A stretch of DNA of 55,532 bases, the filler included, from Dirinaria sp. TL-2023a (Eukaryota), in assembly GCA_051941275.1 (NCBI GenBank). It is 4 parts of 4 records of this genome, joined end to end, with 100 filler letters (N's around TTAATTAATTAA, not from the genome) between each part and the next. Parts side by side here need not be neighbours in the genome. Positions count along the whole stretch, not along the records: positions 41,740 to 55,532 come from JAVEBF010000652.1; 3 more parts are not named here. The stretch is one strand, 5' to 3'. The translations under genes and the position numbers were made by a program. Of this stretch, positions 50,313 through 55,532 are shown in pieces (position 1 is the stretch's first letter; every line of letters starts with the position of its first letter). Below the pieces are notes generated by a model. The model saw nothing but the letters and a program-made list of their open reading frames with translations, was not told the DNA's origin and did not search any database.

Positions 50313-52559
50313 ACTAGAGGGACCCCGGACGAGAAGAGGTTGACGATCAAAGCTGTAGGTGTATGGGACACTGTAGGTACGTCAAATACGTGAATTTCTA
50401 GGTGATTTTACTCAGCTAATCAAGATCAGATGCCCTATCCTCGAGTCTTAAAAGTGTCAAGTGGCGTTTCCACGATGTAGCGCTTGGTGATCATATTGAA
50501 AATGCCTATCACATGATGGCATTGGATGAACATCGCTACGAATTTGACGTGACTCTCTGAGAAAGTCCGAAAAAGGAACGGGACATCAAAAACTTCGAGC
50601 AATGTTGGATGGCTGACGACTATTCAAATATCGGTGGTTCTTGGGATGATCAACAACTGTCAGGCATAGCCCTCGTGTGGATGATGGGGAGATTTGAGAA
50701 ACTTGGCTTCGATTTCGATCATATCTATATCTACGAAGAATTCCTCAAATACAAGAATTACATCTTGAACGTCGCTCCGTATCTACCTTACGACTACTGG
50801 CAAAACAATCGTACATGAGAGGGTTGAGCCCAAGGCAGTGAGCAGCAGGTAAATTGAAGTGCCCTCCTCACTGAAGATCTTGCTCATGTATGCTCATCAT
50901 TTCTAGATCGGCTTCATAACGTGTTCTACGATACTGCCGCCGCTGCAAGATCGACAGTGTGCGGCTCCATATCAAGCTTTGATCGAACGATCGACGAACA
51001 CCGAAAAGCAAAGTGGAACTCATCAGAAAGTTCAGATTCAGTTGATTTGACTGGTAATTTTATTAAAAACACCAATGAAAGGGTACATTCTGCTGTCCGC
51101 TAGCGCCGATGTTATACCCGTAACGGGAAATTGGGCAATAATGAATACTACCCATACTTTCCCGAAAAACTAAAAGCCACAGCCTGGGAGTGGCCCCGCG
51201 CTTCGAACACGCGAATGATCGGTCAAGGCCCACCAATTGAGCCCCAACAAGTCTCGTACACCTTTACCCGAACAGAGGATGACAAGACAACGAAGAAATG
51301 GCCTTACAAGTAATCATTCGGAATAGGTATAAGAAGCTATACCTTGGCTTCAAGGACCAGGATAAGGATCTACAGGTCCCTGGTGAAGTGAGTGTCTATA
51401 AGCAGGTGTTCGGTTCAGAGTGAGTTCCTCGACCCCGGTTTTGATTGGATCTCTCGCCACAGCCCAGGCTAATGTCCTATCACAGCATCGATGAGAGGAC
51501 TCTGAAAGATGTGAATGACATCGTCAAGGCTTGGAATACGATGAATCCAGAGGTTATCAGCGTGACTAAGACTCTTAATGGCCCGAGACTCTACACAGGA
51601 CGGCGGCCGGCGATCAAAGATGATAAAGCCGAGTTCTCGAGCTGACAAAGTACAAGCAAGGACCTTAAACTCGGCGGTTGGATTGGTGACGGCCTCTTAT
51701 ACGAAAACTCACAAGTGAGCAGAAAGCAACAACCTTTACTCACATTGACGACGTCAAGACTACGGGTAAACTTGCCAAGCTGGAAGCCATCTTCTACATC
51801 CGCGAATAGGCCGTTCGCGATCTAAAGGCCACTTTCAAAGACGACGGGCCTCGGATCGACGCCAAAAATTCGTGAAGTGCCCCAGACAAACAACCTGCTG
51901 TTCCAATCTCTCTTGACTTCGCTACTGACAAAGTTATCAAGGTGGAGAGTAAGACTAAGAGACCTACGCCAAAAGACCTGTCGCGCATCTGCGGTATCAG
52001 GGTGACGACCGCGGCGAACAAGACCTAGACGATCAATAAAAACTTCGACATCGTGAAGAGAGATGAGCAATCCATTGAGACGCCGTCTATGAAGGGTTGG
52101 GAATTTGAAGGATTTCTATGGAGCATGTGCCTTCGAAAACGTGATTCATATTGGTTGTATCTGAGGTCATTGAGAAGTAATATGGGCTCAAGACGACAAG
52201 TGAAAATATAAAAAAAGAACGACAAATCATGTGATTTTCTATTTATGACTACGAGCATTAGAATAGCTATGTCAGATAACGCAATCGTTCAAATCACTTG
52301 AAGCATCGCTCCGCGATTTTTGATTGTAGTTACTAGTTAGTAGAGAAATTTGCAGTGCCTAGCTTAAGCAGAAGTAAATGTCTAGATGACTGCATGCGTG
52401 TGCGCTGAGTTTAAAGACTATTGCTGGGATAGTATATATGAATGCAGCCGAGACAGTCATGATGAGGTGTTCGATAGAGCTTCATACTATACGAGATCGA
52501 CTTCACATGGATTCTTGGGACCGAATTTTGAAATGAGGGACTTGTCGAAAGAAACAGTC

Positions 52560-52655
52560 CTTTCTACAACACTCGGGACGATCCTGCATGACAGATCTAC
52601 ATTGGGGGATTTGAGTGATTTGGAAGCAATTTTCACCCCCGGTATCAGCCGCTAA
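52560..52655 (+). pseudogene. Possible TPR (TPR-CHAT-like) remnant
   Basis: LGTILHDRSTLGDLSDLEAI resembles the LG....R....GDLSDLEEAI repeats of fungal TPR-CHAT proteins; very short. Confidence 0.25.
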
Positions 52656-53266
52656 GATAGATGGACGGCTTCTTCAGACCTAGAAACGCTGATTCTACTC
52701 CGTCCGACGGTCCGCATGATCTCAGCCAAGATCGCGATGGTCAACAATTAGCGTTGATAACATGATCATGTGCCGTGTGACAACGATTGTGTGAGTGAAA
52801 TGTGGAGAATGGAAGACACAGCTGCGTGGCAATTCTCTCGATGTTGAAATGATATCTTATCACTTTATCAGATTAATGGCCCATGCACAGCAGAATTCAA
52901 GAAGATTCTTGTCGAGTTCCATCAATTTCATCAAACAGGCTTTCGGGATAAGTCTTACTTGGGCGTACTGTTCGTAAAGTCTCTCAGTTACAAGATCACG
53001 CCCACTTTAATAGCTTCAGATGGGAGTTTATAGTGAACAATCTGCAATACGAGAGACTTGCCAACCGATTGCGAAAGTACGTTCAGCGCACCCGGTTTCG
53101 TGTGGGAGGGCAACCCTAAGTGAGCTGATTTAGGGTTTGTATGGAATTTTTGTTTGCTCTAAATTTAGTTCTGCCCTCAAATGGAATCGATAAGACCCCT
53201 TGCACTGTCTTTCGCTGATCAAAACACTCTTCGTCAATCTTTTTTGAAAAAATAATATCACCGACC

Positions 53267-54116
53267 ATGGCGCCCTCACGTCTGCCATATCGTGTCGAAC
53301 GTGTCGATCATCTCCTTTCACGTCGCAGTCTCACCGTCAACAAAACCCAAGAAGCTAGCCTCGGCGTCATTGTCGCCTACGTCGTCGTCATCGCCCTGCT
53401 TTGGAACCTACCCTACGTGCGCTGGGTCCTGTGGCCCTTCAAAATGCTCGTCATTGCCTTCCATGAATTCTCCCACGCTGCCACAGCCTGCTGCACTGGT
53501 GGAAGAGTTGAGTCCATTTCTTTGGACCCGCACGAAGGGGGCGTCACACACATGCGCGGAGGCATCAGCGCTGTCACTCTCCCGGCAGGCTACCTGGGTT
53601 CTTCGTTGATCGGGGCTCTACTGATATTCTGCGGCTTCGATATTGTGGCGAGTAAGATTGCGAGTATCGCACTGGGCGTGGGGTTTCTGGTGACATTGTG
53701 GTGGGCGAGGAAGGATTGGCTCACAATCGGGACGGTGCTGGCGAGTGTGGGATTGCTGGTCGCCTGCTGGTTCATCAAGCATGCGGAACCCCTGCGCTTT
53801 GTCGTGCTGTTCATTGGGGTCATGTCGGCTTTATACAGTGTGTGGGATATCGTACGTTCCGGCTACGTGCTCATTTCGTTATTCGGGCTATGCTAATGAA
53901 CACTAGTGCGACGACCTTATCCTCCGCAAAACCAACAGCTCAGATGCTAGTGTGTTCGCAAAGAAGTATGGAGGCTCGTCACAATGCTGGGGTGTTATCT
54001 GGTCGATCATATCATTGACACTTATGATTCTCTCGATCATTGCGGGAATAGCGGCGTTTCGCGAATCGTGGAGCCAGCAAGAGAAGGACTCCAAGAACTT
54101 TATACCGACGTTCTAA
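53267..54116 (+). CDS. Peptidase M50B-like intramembrane metalloprotease, 2 exons
   Basis: AFHEFSHA (HExxH), GG.V.SISLDPHEGG.T, LPAGYLGS, YSVWDI|intron 53852-53906|CDDLILRK.NSSDAS.FA; multiple TM helices. Confidence 0.92.
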
Positions 54117-55161
54117 GGAAGACAGTGGATGTTGCGATATATCCAAAGCCACATGCTGCTGGAACAAAGAAAATACATCAGCAAGGTGTGTGATGATTTA
54201 CTTAGGGTTTGCATTTTCTTCAGTGGACCAATTATAGAAGGGCTGTGCGGGCACTAGTACAGAATCCGCAGTATTGCGCATTGCAGTAGCAGAGGAGCTT
54301 GGATAAGTGAGATTTGTGTTGAGGAATATGACTATTACACTGTTCGAGCTTGTCATCGTGCCGCACCTGGTCCAGGAAGACGCTTTCGAAATGTCACGAG
54401 AGGCAAATTGTAATGCTACTTTTTGGTCGATCTCAGCTAATTCAGATTAGACGCATTTGAAAGTTCTCAATTTCCAAACAATACCATCTACGAAACAGCT
54501 GTCGAGAAAGTCTGCTTCGCAGAAGTACATTTCTCCTTCCTATTCGAAGTGAGCATGTAACACCAGAATCGCAAGACAGATGACACTTGCAGCGACAATC
54601 ACGGTTCATCGAATTACACAGATTCGCTGCAGTCATCTAAGGTTGGAACCCTTCGTTAAGATATTTGAAACCCGCTCTGGAGATAATCATCAGCATTAAG
54701 ACTTAACATGGAAACCATTGGAGCTCCGTCAGCTTCGTGTTCTTACCCCGTACACTGTGAAGAGGCGAAAAGCTCTTGGTATTCGAGGTCTAGCTGACAC
54801 GGCTGACACTGAGAATATCAGTGACGTCCGCAAGACTTTGGCAAATCTTCGATCCCCTTCACAGGTTTAATCATCAAGTACCGGAGTACTCTTCAGTATA
54901 GATAGTATAGCAGCATCGAAAGCTCAAGCAAAGAAAAGAAATCGTTCGTAACTCTAGCAATTTGCCCGATATTATGTCTGCAGGCGCACTCGTCGCACGG
55001 ATGAGCTCATCATCGCCAAGAGAAACAAAAATCTGCCTCGGCCTCAGCCGCTCATGAGGCGCACCGCTATCGTATTACCGCCACGTAATCCTGCCTGATT
55101 GTCGGGGACATAGATATGATGAGGTAGGGCCAACCTACCGGCCAGATTGTTGGACACTTAA

Positions 55162-55532
55162 ATGGATCCCTTCTCGGCCCTTGGGCTCGCAGGCAATGTG
55201 ATAACTTTCATTGACTTTACTAGTAAACTAATCAATGGCGGTCTAGAGCTTCACGATTCCGCAGACGAAACGAATGCGTCTCACTAAGTTTTGGAGAATG
55301 TAACAAAAGATTCTCAGATTCTCTGCAACGGTCTAGTTTCTGCCGGTCCCAAAGCATTCGGCGATATTTCTCCAGATTCGAAATCTGCCCTAATGCCCTT
55401 ATTGGAATCCTGCAGGAGTTGGGTCAGGAGCTCTTGATTGTGTTGGAAGATTTAAAAGTCCAAGGCCAACGAAAGGCATGAAGGAGTGCTCGGCAGGCTT
55501 TGAAAAATGCTTGGAAAGCAAATCAAGTCAAG
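55162..55532 (+). pseudogene. N-terminal helical (SesA/HeLo-like) domain of a NACHT-type NLR, pseudogenised and cut at the window end
   Basis: MDPFSALGLAGNVITFIDFTSKLI..., then C....ELLIVLEDLKV...RSARQALKNAWK; TAA at 55285, a frameshift and a further stop. Confidence 0.7.

Larger units (their letters stand above)
48206..51645 (+). pseudogene. DUF2235 (Tle1-like alpha/beta hydrolase) pseudogene interrupted by an LTR element
   Basis: KRLLINCD, YYQTGVG, YDFICNNY, DEIYIIGFCRSAFTARSIAGLI, IKAVGVWDTVG, FHDVAL...ALDEHR, SNIGG. Stops at 48625 and 50558; GFSRG changed to GFCRS. The 3' end is approximate. Confidence 0.85.

Overview
Intron-containing filamentous ascomycete (Pezizomycotina) DNA. The window is not one locus: it is four contigs of 13,825, 13,813, 13,801 and 13,793 bp joined by artificial 100-nt linkers (44 N + TTAATTAATTAA + 44 N), apparently sorted by size. 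Contig 1 (1-13825) holds a compact four-gene terpenoid cluster: two P450s, a DHA2-type MFS transporter and a CPS/KS-family diterpene cyclase. The cyclase has an intact class II DxDD site, but its class I domain is decayed and cut by an in-frame TAG. Contig 2 (13926-27738) has FAN1, a small membrane protein, a ~1.15-kb fold-back inverted duplication next to dpy-30/SDC1, RPS13 and a GprM-like GPCR. Contig 3 (27839-41639) has partial CBP3, TIP41, VPS36, a 950-aa uncharacterised protein and a partial Msb2-like mucin. Contig 4 (41740-55532) is accessory DNA: a decayed DIRS/Ngaro-type tyrosine recombinase with inverted and tandem repeat arrays, a DUF2235 pseudogene interrupted by a complete 863-bp Copia-derived miniature LTR element, an M50B-like peptidase and an NLR N-terminal pseudogene. 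All family assignments come from motif recognition by eye; no database searches were run.
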